Below, one piece after another: positions 18,094 through 27,049 of a DNA stretch of 64,000 nt. The first letter of the stretch is position 1; each line of letters begins with the position of its first letter. The notes beneath the pieces are model-generated. The model made no database searches, was not told the origin of the DNA, and saw only the letters and a list, made by a program, of their open reading frames with translations. The position numbers and the translations under genes are program-made. The stretch is from NCBI GenBank assembly GCA_033581555.1, contig JAVQSZ010000006.1, forward strand, positions 1-64,000. The letters are read 5' to 3'. This DNA comes from Nitrososphaerota archaeon. GTDB lineage: Archaea > Thermoproteota > Nitrososphaeria_A > Caldarchaeales > Calditenuaceae.

Positions 18094-19226
18094 TCGTGGA
18101 GCCCGAAGACATCGACGGCCTCGTCGAGGAGGTCTCGGAGAACTGCGGCTGCTCGAGGTCCCACAAGGTCGGGCTGAGGAGCTTCGAGGTCGTCAACGGC
18201 CACGCGGGTGAGGCGGTCGCGAGGGCCCTGGAACGGGTCGGCGGGGTGGACGCGGTCGTGGTCGTCGTCGACCGGGTCACGCTGGACGTGCTCGGCAGGG
18301 AGGTCGCAAGGGCCCTCTCCTCCTCGGGGATGAGCGCGAAAGCGATCGAGGTCTCGAAGGCGGACGAGGCGAACGTAGCGCTGGTCGAGCGAGCCCTCGC
18401 TGAGTCGGAGGCCGCGGTCGCGGTCGGAGGCGGGACGGTGATCGACGTCTGCAAGCTCGCGAGCTTCAGGGCCGGAAGGCCTTTCGTCTCGGTCCCCACG
18501 GCCCTCTCCCACGACGGCATCGCCTCCCCGGTCGCCTCGATCTGGCTAGGAGGGAAGCCCCACAGGACCAGCGTCCTCGCGAGGGAGCCTGTCGCGGTGG
18601 TTGCTGACGTGGCCGTCATGAGGTCCTCGCCGAGGAGACTGACCGCCGCCGGCGTCGGGGACTTGCTCGCGAAGGTCACAGCACTTAAGGACTGGGAGCT
18701 CGGGAGGGACATCAAGGGCGAGGAGGTCTGTGAGGCCGCGTTCAAACTCGAGGAGATGGCGATCGAGAGGGCGCTCGCCTTCGTGGCTGGAGGGATGAGG
18801 GACCACGAGGGCCTTCTGGAGGGCCTGGTCTACTCAGGGCTCGCGATGTCGCTCGTAGGGTCCTCGAGGCCCGCATCCGGCTCTGAGCACCTGATCTCCC
18901 ACTACATCGACGGAAAGGGCAGGTCGAAGGGCCTCCACGGCGAGCAGGTGGCCATGGCGACCGTCGCGATGGCGCTCTACCACTCCGAGGTGAACAGCGG
19001 GAACTGGTGGAGGGACGAGCGGTTGAGCTGGAGGGGGATCAGGAGGTCGATGGAGGCCGCGGGGCTTCCACTGGGGCTCGCGGAGATAGGCGTCGGCGAG
19101 GCGGAGGGGGTCGAGGCGGTCGTCAACGCTGCGGACCTGAGGCCTGAGAGGTTCACGGTGCTCCACATGGTGAGGCCTACCGAGTCCGAGGCCCTGAGCA
19201 TCCTGAGGAGGTCCGGGCTCTGCTGA
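18090..19226 (+). CDS. egsA: sn-glycerol-1-phosphate dehydrogenase
   Basis: GGGTVIDVCK, PTALSHDGIASP, SRPASGSEHLISH, LHGEQV. Confidence 0.9.
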   Translation: MIVEPEDIDGLVEEVSENCGCSRSHKVGLRSFEVVNGHAGEAVARALERVGGVDAVVVVVDRVTLDVLGREVARALSSSGMSAKAIEVSKADEANVALVERALAESEAAVAVGGGTVIDVCKLASFRAGRPFVSVPTALSHDGIASPVASIWLGGKPHRTSVLAREPVAVVADVAVMRSSPRRLTAAGVGDLLAKVTALKDWELGRDIKGEEVCEAAFKLEEMAIERALAFVAGGMRDHEGLLEGLVYSGLAMSLVGSSRPASGSEHLISHYIDGKGRSKGLHGEQVAMATVAMALYHSEVNSGNWWRDERLSWRGIRRSMEAAGLPLGLAEIGVGEAEGVEAVVNAADLRPERFTVLHMVRPTESEALSILRRSGLC

Positions 19227-19229
19227 GCC

Positions 19230-20354
19230 TCAGGCGATTCTGACCACTCCTCCCCTCGCGAGCCTCTCGACCTCCGAAGCCGAGTACCCCAGCGACTTCA
19301 GGACCTCCGCGGTGTGCTCCCCGAGCTCCGGAGCCCTCCTGAGAGTCCCGATCGGGCCAACGGGCGTGACGGGGAGCGGCAAGCCTTCGCCAGACGACTC
19401 GAGGAGCCTCCAGGCCGCGCCGAACTTCATCGCCTCGACGACGTCCAGCACCGGCGTCACACACCTCACGCCCTTCAACGCCTCCGTCCACTCGTCCCTG
19501 CTCCTGGACCTGAAGACCTCCGCGAGTTCGGCGACCGCGGCGCGGTCGAACTGCCTCTCGGTGAGGTCGGGCCTCGAGACCCTCTCGCAGAGCTCCCTCC
19601 AGAGGTGGCGCTCGGCGGGCATGCCCACAGCCACGAACTTCCCGTCGGAAGCCTCGTAGAGGTTGTAGCAGGGGAAGGCTCCCCGGAGCGGGTCCTCGTC
19701 GTAGCCCAGCTGCCTCCCGAGCGCGACGGCGGCCGCGAGCTGGTGGTAAAAGAAGGGGAGGACCGCGGAGGACATCGTCACGACCTCGTGGGACCCCTTA
19801 CCCGTCACCTGGCGCTCGAGGAGGGCGGCGAGCACCCTCACTACCACGGCGTAGGAGGCGGCGAAGTCCGCGACCAGCAGCCCGGGGACGATGGGCCTAC
19901 CTCTCGGATCCGAGATCAGGCTTAACGCGCCGGTCAGCGAGAGGACGTTGACGTCGTGCCCCGCGTCCGGTTCGTCGCCCTCGAAGGCCCTCACCGAGCA
20001 GAGGACCAACCTCCCGTTCCTCGCGGAGAGGCTCCGGTAGTCGAGGCCAAGCCTCAGGGCCGTCGCGGTGGTGAAGGCCTCAACCAGCACGTCGGAGCGC
20101 TCGACCATCCTCATCAGCACCTCCCTCCCCTCGGGCCTCCGGAGGTCCAACCCGACGTCCATCTTCCCCCTGTTCAGCCACTCGAAGAGGAGGGGCCTGC
20201 CGTTCGCGACCGGCGAGAGCCTCCTGCTCGCAGCCCCTTCGGGGGGCTCGACCTTAATCACCTCAGCGCCCATCGCGGCCATCATCAAAGTCGAGAGCTC
20301 CCATGGCGGGAACTGCGTCAGGTCAAGCACTCTCACGCCCTTCAGCGGTCTCAC
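19230..20354 (-). CDS. Family III CoA-transferase (CaiB/BaiF)
   Basis: GVRVLDLT, GAEVIKVEPP, NRGK, GHD, APELGEHT. Confidence 0.9.
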   Translation of the reverse strand: MRPLKGVRVLDLTQFPPWELSTLMMAAMGAEVIKVEPPEGAASRRLSPVANGRPLLFEWLNRGKMDVGLDLRRPEGREVLMRMVERSDVLVEAFTTATALRLGLDYRSLSARNGRLVLCSVRAFEGDEPDAGHDVNVLSLTGALSLISDPRGRPIVPGLLVADFAASYAVVVRVLAALLERQVTGKGSHEVVTMSSAVLPFFYHQLAAAVALGRQLGYDEDPLRGAFPCYNLYEASDGKFVAVGMPAERHLWRELCERVSRPDLTERQFDRAAVAELAEVFRSRSRDEWTEALKGVRCVTPVLDVVEAMKFGAAWRLLESSGEGLPLPVTPVGPIGTLRRAPELGEHTAEVLKSLGYSASEVERLARGGVVRIA

Positions 20355-20440
20355 GCGCGGTCACCAATGACCTCAGTTAAAGCCTGTCCGGTCAAGGGGG
20401 CGAAAAGGCGTATGTCCAGGACCGGGGAACTAGGGGTGGA

Positions 20441-21580
20441 ATGGCGAGGTGCGCGACCTGCGGCGCTACGTCGCCGCTGACCTCGAGGGCGATCGGCGTC
20501 TGCAAGGAGTGCCTGGTCGAGAGGCCCGAGGAGGCCCTGAGGGTCGCGATGGAGGGACACAGGGCGTCGAGGGCCGAGTTCGGCCTACCCCCTGAACCTC
20601 CTAGGTCTCCGGGAGGGAAGCCCTGCAACCTCTGCGCCGCTAAGTGCGTCATGGCCGAGGGCGAGGTCGGGTACTGCGGGATAAGGGGCGTCAGGGACGG
20701 GAAGATGTGGAGCCTCTCGGGGGCCGACTCCGGACTACTGGACTACTACCTCGACCCCCACGTCACCAATTGCTGTAACGCGTGGTTCTGCCCCGCAGGC
20801 ACCGGGTGCGGATACCCGAAGTTCGCGGTCAGGGACGGGCCCGAGGTCGGTTACTACAACCTCGCGCTCTTTTTCTACGGTTGCTCGCTGAACTGCCAGT
20901 TCTGCCAGAACTGGACCCACAAGGCCATCTCGAGGGGGAAGAGGGTCACGACTAGGGAGCTGGTGGAAGTCACGCTCAGGAACGAGAGGATCACGTGCTG
21001 GTGCTGGTTCGGCGGGTCAGCCGAGCCCCAGCTCCCCTTCGCGGTCAACGCGTCCAGGACGGTCCTCGAGGAGAAGGGTGAGAGGAGGGTCGTGAGGATC
21101 TGCTGGGAGTGGAACGGCGACGGGAACCCTGCTCTCGTGAGGAGGGCCGGGGAGCTCTCGTTGGCCTCGGGAGGGAACGTGAAGTTCGACCTGAAGGCCT
21201 TCACGAGGTCCGTCCACGTCGCGCTGACCGGGATGGACAACGAGGAGATCCTGAGGAACTTCGAACTCGTCTACGACGAGTTCTACGAGAGGAGGAGGGA
21301 CGTGCCGGTGCTGGGTGCGACGACGCTCCTCGTCCCCCAGTACGTCGACGAGCGGGAGGTCGACCAGATCGCGAGGTTCATCGCCTCACTCGACCCAGAG
21401 ATACCTTACAGCCTGCTGGTCTTCAACCCGGACTTCAGGATGAGCGATGTCCCCGTCACGCCGGAGAGGCAGGTCTGGGAGTGCTACAGGGCCGCGAAGA
21501 GGCACCTCAGGAACGTCAACGTCGGGAACCTCCACCTCCTCGCGCTCTGGAGGAGCGGGCTCTCCGCGAGGCTCCTTTAA
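20441..21580 (+). CDS. Radical SAM protein (PFL-activase/AmmeMemoRadiSam-like) with extra Cys clusters
   Basis: CSLNCQFCQN, GGSAEP, KFDLK, TTLLVP; N-terminal CxxC pairs. Confidence 0.88.
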   Translation: MARCATCGATSPLTSRAIGVCKECLVERPEEALRVAMEGHRASRAEFGLPPEPPRSPGGKPCNLCAAKCVMAEGEVGYCGIRGVRDGKMWSLSGADSGLLDYYLDPHVTNCCNAWFCPAGTGCGYPKFAVRDGPEVGYYNLALFFYGCSLNCQFCQNWTHKAISRGKRVTTRELVEVTLRNERITCWCWFGGSAEPQLPFAVNASRTVLEEKGERRVVRICWEWNGDGNPALVRRAGELSLASGGNVKFDLKAFTRSVHVALTGMDNEEILRNFELVYDEFYERRRDVPVLGATTLLVPQYVDEREVDQIARFIASLDPEIPYSLLVFNPDFRMSDVPVTPERQVWECYRAAKRHLRNVNVGNLHLLALWRSGLSARLL

Positions 21581-21595
21581 GGCGCCCCCGCCCCG

Positions 21596-22136
21596 GTGAA
21601 CGCCCGAGCGATGCTGGCGATCCCGGACCAGACGGTCTCAGACGCGATCCTCTACGTCTCGGGCCTCCCGCTTCTACCGCTCCTTCCGGTCTTAGGCGCT
21701 GTTCTCGTGGTCAACTCGTTCTGCGTAGAAGGAGGAGTAGTCAGGGTAGGGAACCCCGCGGTGCCGGCACTCCTCCGCTGACCCTTGGGCCATCTTCCTC
21801 GACGCGTTGCCAAACCTCACGAGCTTCCGAGTCGTCGTGGTCAGGCAGACGATAGGTCTGGTCTTCGTGATCTACTCCGTCCATGGCGCCCGCGAGTAGG
21901 TGGGCGGACGAGTTCACCGTCGAGCTCTCGAGGAGGTGGAACTGCGAGACGCTGCCCGACGACTTGCTGAGGGGGACGTCGAGGACGACCGATCCCTCTG
22001 GAACAGACGGATGTCCTTCACGATCACGGGCGACACTGCGGTCCTCTCCACCGACACCACTGAGATCGAGAGGGTCGAGACGACGCGAGGCACCGACCGT
22101 CCCAGCGCCCCATTCGACCTCGGGGCAACCCGGTAG
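21596..22136 (+). pseudogene. Degraded membrane-protein gene, possibly ECF transporter T component
   Basis: Hydrophobic fragments spread over three frames; RWADEFTVELSRRWN resembles the EcfT RAxxxAxAMExRG motif. Confidence 0.35.
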
Positions 22137-22156
22137 ACGATTCGTGCATCATACTT

Positions 22157-22182
22157 ATATATCACGATATTTCGTGGTATAT
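22157..22182. promoter_or_regulatory. Inverted-repeat operator at the padR promoter
   Basis: ATATATCACGA-TATT-TCGTGGTATAT (11-bp arms, 1 mismatch) overlapping TATA TTATATA. Confidence 0.75.
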
Positions 22183-22188
22183 CGAGAA

Positions 22189-22686
22189 ATGTCGAGGTGG
22201 CTCCCCAGTCCGGTCAAGGGCCTAAGGTTACTCGCGAGGGGAGACATGAGGCTGCTCGTGCTCGAGGTGCTGAGGGACGGGCCGAAGCGGGGTTACGAGG
22301 TGATGAGCGCGATCAGGGAGATGTTCCTCGGGATCTACTCGCCGAGCCCGGGCGCGGTCTACCCGACGCTCCAGATGCTCGAGGACGAGGGCCTAGTCGC
22401 CTCGGAGGAGGTCGAGGGGAAGAGGGTCTACAGGATCACCGAGAGGGGACTGGCTTTCCTCGAGGAGAGGCGCGACCTACTCGACGAGCTCCTCGAGAAG
22501 GGGAGGAGGTACGCGTCGGCCGAGGGGATGGAGCTGATGGACGCGTCGAGGGACCTCGCGGCCTCGGTCCTCAGGGCCTACGCGACGCTCCCTCCGGAGG
22601 ACCTGAAGGAGGTCGCGCAGGTGCTCAGGGACGCGAGGGCCCGGGTCCTCTCGATACTGGGTCGGAGGGGCCTTGAGGGCCGTTGA
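22189..22686 (+). CDS. PadR-family transcriptional regulator
   Basis: GYEVM, PSPGAVYPTLQMLEDEG, KRVYRITERG. Confidence 0.93.
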   Translation: MSRWLPSPVKGLRLLARGDMRLLVLEVLRDGPKRGYEVMSAIREMFLGIYSPSPGAVYPTLQMLEDEGLVASEEVEGKRVYRITERGLAFLEERRDLLDELLEKGRRYASAEGMELMDASRDLAASVLRAYATLPPEDLKEVAQVLRDARARVLSILGRRGLEGR

Positions 22687-23668
22687 GTGCGAGTCGCTGA
22701 GGAAGGTCTTCGGGACAGTCGTGGCCGTCGACGGCGTTTCGTTCGAGGTCGAGGAGGGAGAGGTCTTCGGGCTCTTGGGGCCCAACGGCGCGGGGAAGAC
22801 GACGACCATCAACGTCCTAACGACCCTGATCAGGCCCACCTCGGGGACCGCGAGGGTCATGGGCTACGACGTCCTCACGCAGCAGAGGAAGGTGAGGGAG
22901 TCGATCGGGCTCGTGCCTCAGGAGCTGACGGTCGACGACGAGCTGACGGGTCTGGAGAACCTCTGCCTCCAAGCCGCGCTCTACCACTTGCCCAAGGACG
23001 TCGCGAGGAGAAGGATCGAGGAGGTCATCGGGCTGGTGGACTTGACGGAGGCGATCGGCAGGAGGGTGAGCACGTACTCCGGAGGGATGAGGAAGAGGCT
23101 CGAGCTGGCCGGCGCGCTGATCCACAGGCCCAAGGTCCTCTTCCTAGACGAACCGACTCTGGGCCTCGACGTCCAGACGAGGGCCTCGATCTGGGACTAC
23201 GTCAAGAGGCTCGTGAAGGAGGATGGCCTGACGGTCTTCATGACGACCCACTACATGGAGGAGGCCGACGCGAACTGCGACCGCGTCGCGATAATCGACA
23301 GGGGCCAGATAAAGGCGATCGACTCGCCGAGGGACCTGAAGGCGCGACTCGGGTACGACGCGATAGAGCTGGAGGCCGTCCAGAACAGCGTCGATGTGAA
23401 GGGGCTGCTCTCCGGGGTCCGCGGGGTGAAGGGAGTAGAGGTGGACGGCTCGAGGGTCCTGATCAGGGCCGAGGGAGGCGAGGAGGTGCTGCCGGAGGTC
23501 CTGAGGAGGCTGATCTCCTCGGGCGTCACGGTCAGCAGGGTCGAGATGCGGAAGCCGACGCTCGACGAGGTCTTCATGAGCCTCACCGGCAGGAGGATCA
23601 GGGACGAGCGGTCCTCGAAGGAGGAGGTCCTTAAACAGCGCTTCAACATCAGGAGGTTGAGGGCATGA
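22673..23668 (+). CDS. ABC exporter ATP-binding subunit (DrrA-like)
   Basis: GPNGAGKTT, YSGGM, FLDEPT, TTHYMEEA. Confidence 0.95.
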   Translation: MRAVECESLRKVFGTVVAVDGVSFEVEEGEVFGLLGPNGAGKTTTINVLTTLIRPTSGTARVMGYDVLTQQRKVRESIGLVPQELTVDDELTGLENLCLQAALYHLPKDVARRRIEEVIGLVDLTEAIGRRVSTYSGGMRKRLELAGALIHRPKVLFLDEPTLGLDVQTRASIWDYVKRLVKEDGLTVFMTTHYMEEADANCDRVAIIDRGQIKAIDSPRDLKARLGYDAIELEAVQNSVDVKGLLSGVRGVKGVEVDGSRVLIRAEGGEEVLPEVLRRLISSGVTVSRVEMRKPTLDEVFMSLTGRRIRDERSSKEEVLKQRFNIRRLRA

Positions 23669-24531
23669 TCGGAGAGGTCTCCGCTCTGATGGGAAGGGAG
23701 CTGAGGAAGCTGGTGAGGTCTCCGGCGTTACTGTTGATGACGATGATTCAGCCGGTGCTGTGGATGGGCCTGTACGGCAAGGCCTTCAACCTGACCGGAA
23801 TGTTCAGCATCCCCGAGGACCTTCTCTCCAGACTTCCTCCGGACTCGCTGAGGGTAGTCAGCAGCGCCTTCAACGCAGCCCTCACCAGGTTCTTCGGATC
23901 GCCTGAGGTCGACTACTTCTCCTACGTCGCGACGGGGATGGCCGGCGTGATAGTCCTTTTCGTATCGGTCTTTAGCGGTATGAGCGTCGCGTGGGACAGG
24001 AGGCTGGGGTTCATCAACAAACTGCTGGCCGCACCCATCAGCAGGTTCTCGATAGTGCTGAGCAAGGTCTTGGCTTCAGCGGTCAGGGCCATAGTCCAGT
24101 CGGGACTCGTCGTGCTGACGGCCATCGCGCTGGGATTGAGGCTCGATACTGCGGGCCCTGTAGCGGTCCTTCTCGGCTTCACAGCCCTGGCCCTGCTCTC
24201 GATAGCGCTGTCATCGCTCATAATCGCGATCACTCTCAGGCTGAAGAACTGGGAATACCACGTGGCACTCGCGAACCTCCTGAACCTTCCTTTAATGTTC
24301 ACGAGCACCGCACTCTACCCGAGGGCGATTGTCCCGGAATGGATGAGACCGATCACCGACATCAACCCTCTTACCCACGCTATCGAGGTCCTCAGGTCAT
24401 CGCTGCTCCACGGACCGAGCTTCGATCTCATGGGCTCCCTCAATCATCTGGCATATCTCGCCGCCTTCTCGGCCCTCTGCGTGGTCGTCGGAAGTTACTT
24501 CGCCTATAATACTCTCAACGCGGAGAGATGA
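23665..24531 (+). CDS. ABC-2 type permease
   Basis: 6 TM helices, DRRLG..LLAAP, NPLTH. Confidence 0.9.
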   Translation: MIGEVSALMGRELRKLVRSPALLLMTMIQPVLWMGLYGKAFNLTGMFSIPEDLLSRLPPDSLRVVSSAFNAALTRFFGSPEVDYFSYVATGMAGVIVLFVSVFSGMSVAWDRRLGFINKLLAAPISRFSIVLSKVLASAVRAIVQSGLVVLTAIALGLRLDTAGPVAVLLGFTALALLSIALSSLIIAITLRLKNWEYHVALANLLNLPLMFTSTALYPRAIVPEWMRPITDINPLTHAIEVLRSSLLHGPSFDLMGSLNHLAYLAAFSALCVVVGSYFAYNTLNAER

Positions 24532-24581
24532 GTGCTCGGTACGATCGTTGGGGGATGAGATCACGATGTCTAGTCGCTGGT

Positions 24582-24600
24582 AAAAATTTAAATATAATTA
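24582..24600 (+). promoter_or_regulatory. Strong BRE/TATA promoter
   Basis: AAAAATTTAAATATAATTA shortly upstream of ATG 24613. Confidence 0.7.
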
Positions 24601-24612
24601 GTACTCTCGCCT

Positions 24613-25746
24613 ATGACAATGAAATCACGACTTTACGTACTGCTCGCTTCGTTGCTCCTAGTCGTTATGATCACGGCGGTCTTCACCGAATCGGTAGACG
24701 CGAACTCAAACAGGAGGACGAGAACTACCACCCGCACGACGAGAACCACAGGGACAGCGACTACTACCACCACAACCACGACCACAACGTCGCAATATTC
24801 CGATACCTTCCCGGCTGTAAGCCCTGCCATACTTGGATCCTGTCCGCCAGAAGTCCACGACAGGTACTTCGTCATCGGTCCAGACGGAAGGAAGTACAGG
24901 ACCTGGCATCCGGTAACCGTCCCCATAGATCCCAATAACCCAAGCAGGGGAACGTGCACCTTCGCCCATGAACACGGTGATAACCCGAGACAGGGAAGCT
25001 TCAGCGATCTGCCTGCCTTTGGTTACGCGGCTAAAATCGCGGGGATGGTTGAGGAGATTGCGGCGCACGCGGGTTTCAAGGTCTTCTACAAGCCGCGGAC
25101 GGGGAACGGGTTGGGCAACAACGCTGAATGGCGCATCGTGGTCCATCAGGGGACTGCTGGTGTCAGGAGACTCGTCCAGAGCTTCCACAGCATGCAGATC
25201 GACATAGTCGACTCTGCTGGGCGGAGAACCAGCGTCAACCTCATGGCATCCACGGGGAACCTCAACCCTAAGTGCGGCCCCCGGGTCGGAGACCGGATCG
25301 TCCCCGACGAGGAATGCGTCAGAAGGGGTTTGTTCTATGAGGTGTGGTATTTCAGCGTCCGCGTCGGCACGGGTACGGTCAACGGCGCCAAGTTCTTCGC
25401 AGCACCGGGCATAGGGGTCTACAACCCGATGACCTACATGAAGGTGGGAGACCTGTCCAGCGTCTACCCAATATGTGGGGTGGTTGAGGGCCTTCCGTTC
25501 GGTGATCCGCGGAGCTTCTTCCTCGGTAACCAGAGAGCAGTCGAACACCCCGACTTCGGCTGGGGCAACCCAGGCCCGACCCAGTTCTGGACGGACGCCT
25601 TCGGGAACGAGGTCTCCTCGAACTGTGACCCGACACGATGCATCAGGCAGACCGTCCCTTCGGGATACTACGCGTGGTTTGACGACGATAGCACTTTCGA
25701 TTGGCCGTGGATAGACCTCCCGCTCGGTGCACCTGGAGGAAACTGA
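24613..25746 (+). CDS. Secreted His/Cys-rich protein of unknown function with Thr-rich linker (HEHG motif)
   Basis: Signal peptide, poly-Thr linker, TWHP..CTFAHEHGDNP, HAGFK, VHQG, FHS; lower GC. Confidence 0.8.
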   Translation: MTMKSRLYVLLASLLLVVMITAVFTESVDANSNRRTRTTTRTTRTTGTATTTTTTTTTTSQYSDTFPAVSPAILGSCPPEVHDRYFVIGPDGRKYRTWHPVTVPIDPNNPSRGTCTFAHEHGDNPRQGSFSDLPAFGYAAKIAGMVEEIAAHAGFKVFYKPRTGNGLGNNAEWRIVVHQGTAGVRRLVQSFHSMQIDIVDSAGRRTSVNLMASTGNLNPKCGPRVGDRIVPDEECVRRGLFYEVWYFSVRVGTGTVNGAKFFAAPGIGVYNPMTYMKVGDLSSVYPICGVVEGLPFGDPRSFFLGNQRAVEHPDFGWGNPGPTQFWTDAFGNEVSSNCDPTRCIRQTVPSGYYAWFDDDSTFDWPWIDLPLGAPGGN

Positions 25747-25748
25747 AA

Positions 25749-25766
25749 CTCTCTTCTTTTCATTTC
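25749..25766 (+). terminator. Pyrimidine/oligo-T terminator
   Basis: CTCTCTTCTTTTCATTTC just after the stop codon. Confidence 0.5.
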
Positions 25767-25933
25767 TAGGTCTTTAGCCATTTCGTTTCGCAGCATATCG
25801 ATCGCTGAACTCTGAGGAGTCTTTCGTGAGTTACCTGTCCAGGAAGAGTTAACCTTCCCGCTCCTTTACCCGAGGGACCGCACCGCGGCGGTGGAAGCAT
25901 CCCCTGACTTTTTAATCGCTTCCGTGGTATGAA

Positions 25934-25955
25934 TCTCTATAAAGTCATATAGAGA
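25934..25955. promoter_or_regulatory. Perfect 8-bp inverted repeat upstream of the GH130 genes
   Basis: TCTCTATA-AAGTCA-TATAGAGA just upstream of TTTTTTTATA. Confidence 0.55.
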
Positions 25956-26028
25956 AAGCTGAGACACGATACTTTTTTTATAGCCTAAATAGGTTTAATT
26001 GTCACGTACATAATATATCAGCTAGGGT

Positions 26029-27009
26029 ATGATGCTCCAAACACTAGTCGAGAAGTTCAGAGGTAACCCCATAATCTCACCGATAGAGAGCCACGGGTGG
26101 GAGAGCAGGCAGACCTTCAACCCCGGCGCGGTCGAGGTCGAGGGAGCTGTCAGGCTCCTCTACCGCGCGATAGGCGAAGACGGGGTCTCGAGGCTCGGCT
26201 ACGCGGTCAGCAGGGACGGCCTCAACGTCTCCGAGAGGCTGCCCCATCCCGTCTTCGAGCACGACGTCTCCGTCAGCGGGCCCAGCGAGTTCAGGCCCAT
26301 CCCCTCGGGATCCGGAGGCTCAGTCGTCGGAGCGGAGGACCCGAGGCTCGCGGCGGTCGGCGGCGAGGTCTTCATGACCTACACTATCTACGACGGCTTC
26401 AACATCAGGGTCGCGATCGCCTCAATACTCGCCGAGGACCTCGCTGAGGGGAGGTGGAGGTGGAGGGCCTCAAGGGTCATCTCGCCGCCCCATGAGAAAC
26501 ACAAGAACTGGGTGGTCTTCCCGAGGAGGTTCGACGGGAGGATCGCGATACTCCACTCGCTCTCGCCGAGGGTCCAGATCGCCTACGTCGAGGACCTCGA
26601 GAGTCTGACGATAAGGAGCGAGTTCGATGGCGGCTACGCGATGGGCAGGAGGGGCAAGTGGGATGCGGTGGTCAGGGGTGCGGCTGCGCCTCCGATCGAG
26701 ACTTCTGACGGCTGGCTCCTCTTCTACCACGCGAGCCCGGCCAGGGAGGTGAGCGGCTACGGGTACATGCTGGGGGCGATGCTCCTCGACGCCGGCCGCC
26801 CGGAGGTCCCGGTCTCCAGGACCGACTCGCCGCTCCTAGTCCCGACTGAGTGGTACGAGTTCGCGGGCTTCAAGCCGGGCGTCATCTACGTCACCGGTGC
26901 GGTGAGGAGGGGCGACGAGGTCTTCCTCTACTACGGAGCTGCCGACAGCCACGTCGCGGTGGCCACCGTCGACCTCAACGGCCTCCTCAGTTACTTGTCG
27001 CGAAGGTGA
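26029..27009 (+). CDS. GH130 beta-mannoside phosphorylase/hydrolase (single domain)
   Basis: NPIISP, TFNPGA, LLYRA, GAEDPRL, HKNWVVFP, YYGAADS. Confidence 0.9.
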   Translation: MMLQTLVEKFRGNPIISPIESHGWESRQTFNPGAVEVEGAVRLLYRAIGEDGVSRLGYAVSRDGLNVSERLPHPVFEHDVSVSGPSEFRPIPSGSGGSVVGAEDPRLAAVGGEVFMTYTIYDGFNIRVAIASILAEDLAEGRWRWRASRVISPPHEKHKNWVVFPRRFDGRIAILHSLSPRVQIAYVEDLESLTIRSEFDGGYAMGRRGKWDAVVRGAAAPPIETSDGWLLFYHASPAREVSGYGYMLGAMLLDAGRPEVPVSRTDSPLLVPTEWYEFAGFKPGVIYVTGAVRRGDEVFLYYGAADSHVAVATVDLNGLLSYLSRR

Positions 27010-27049
27010 GCGTATTTATCGGCGAATTCCCTCCGCCCCTGGGCCGGGA

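Noticed and set aside
24712-24790. ACN-rich repetitive tract (similar tract near 59510-59690)
   Set aside because: Encodes Thr-rich linkers; not a CRISPR array or DNA repeat
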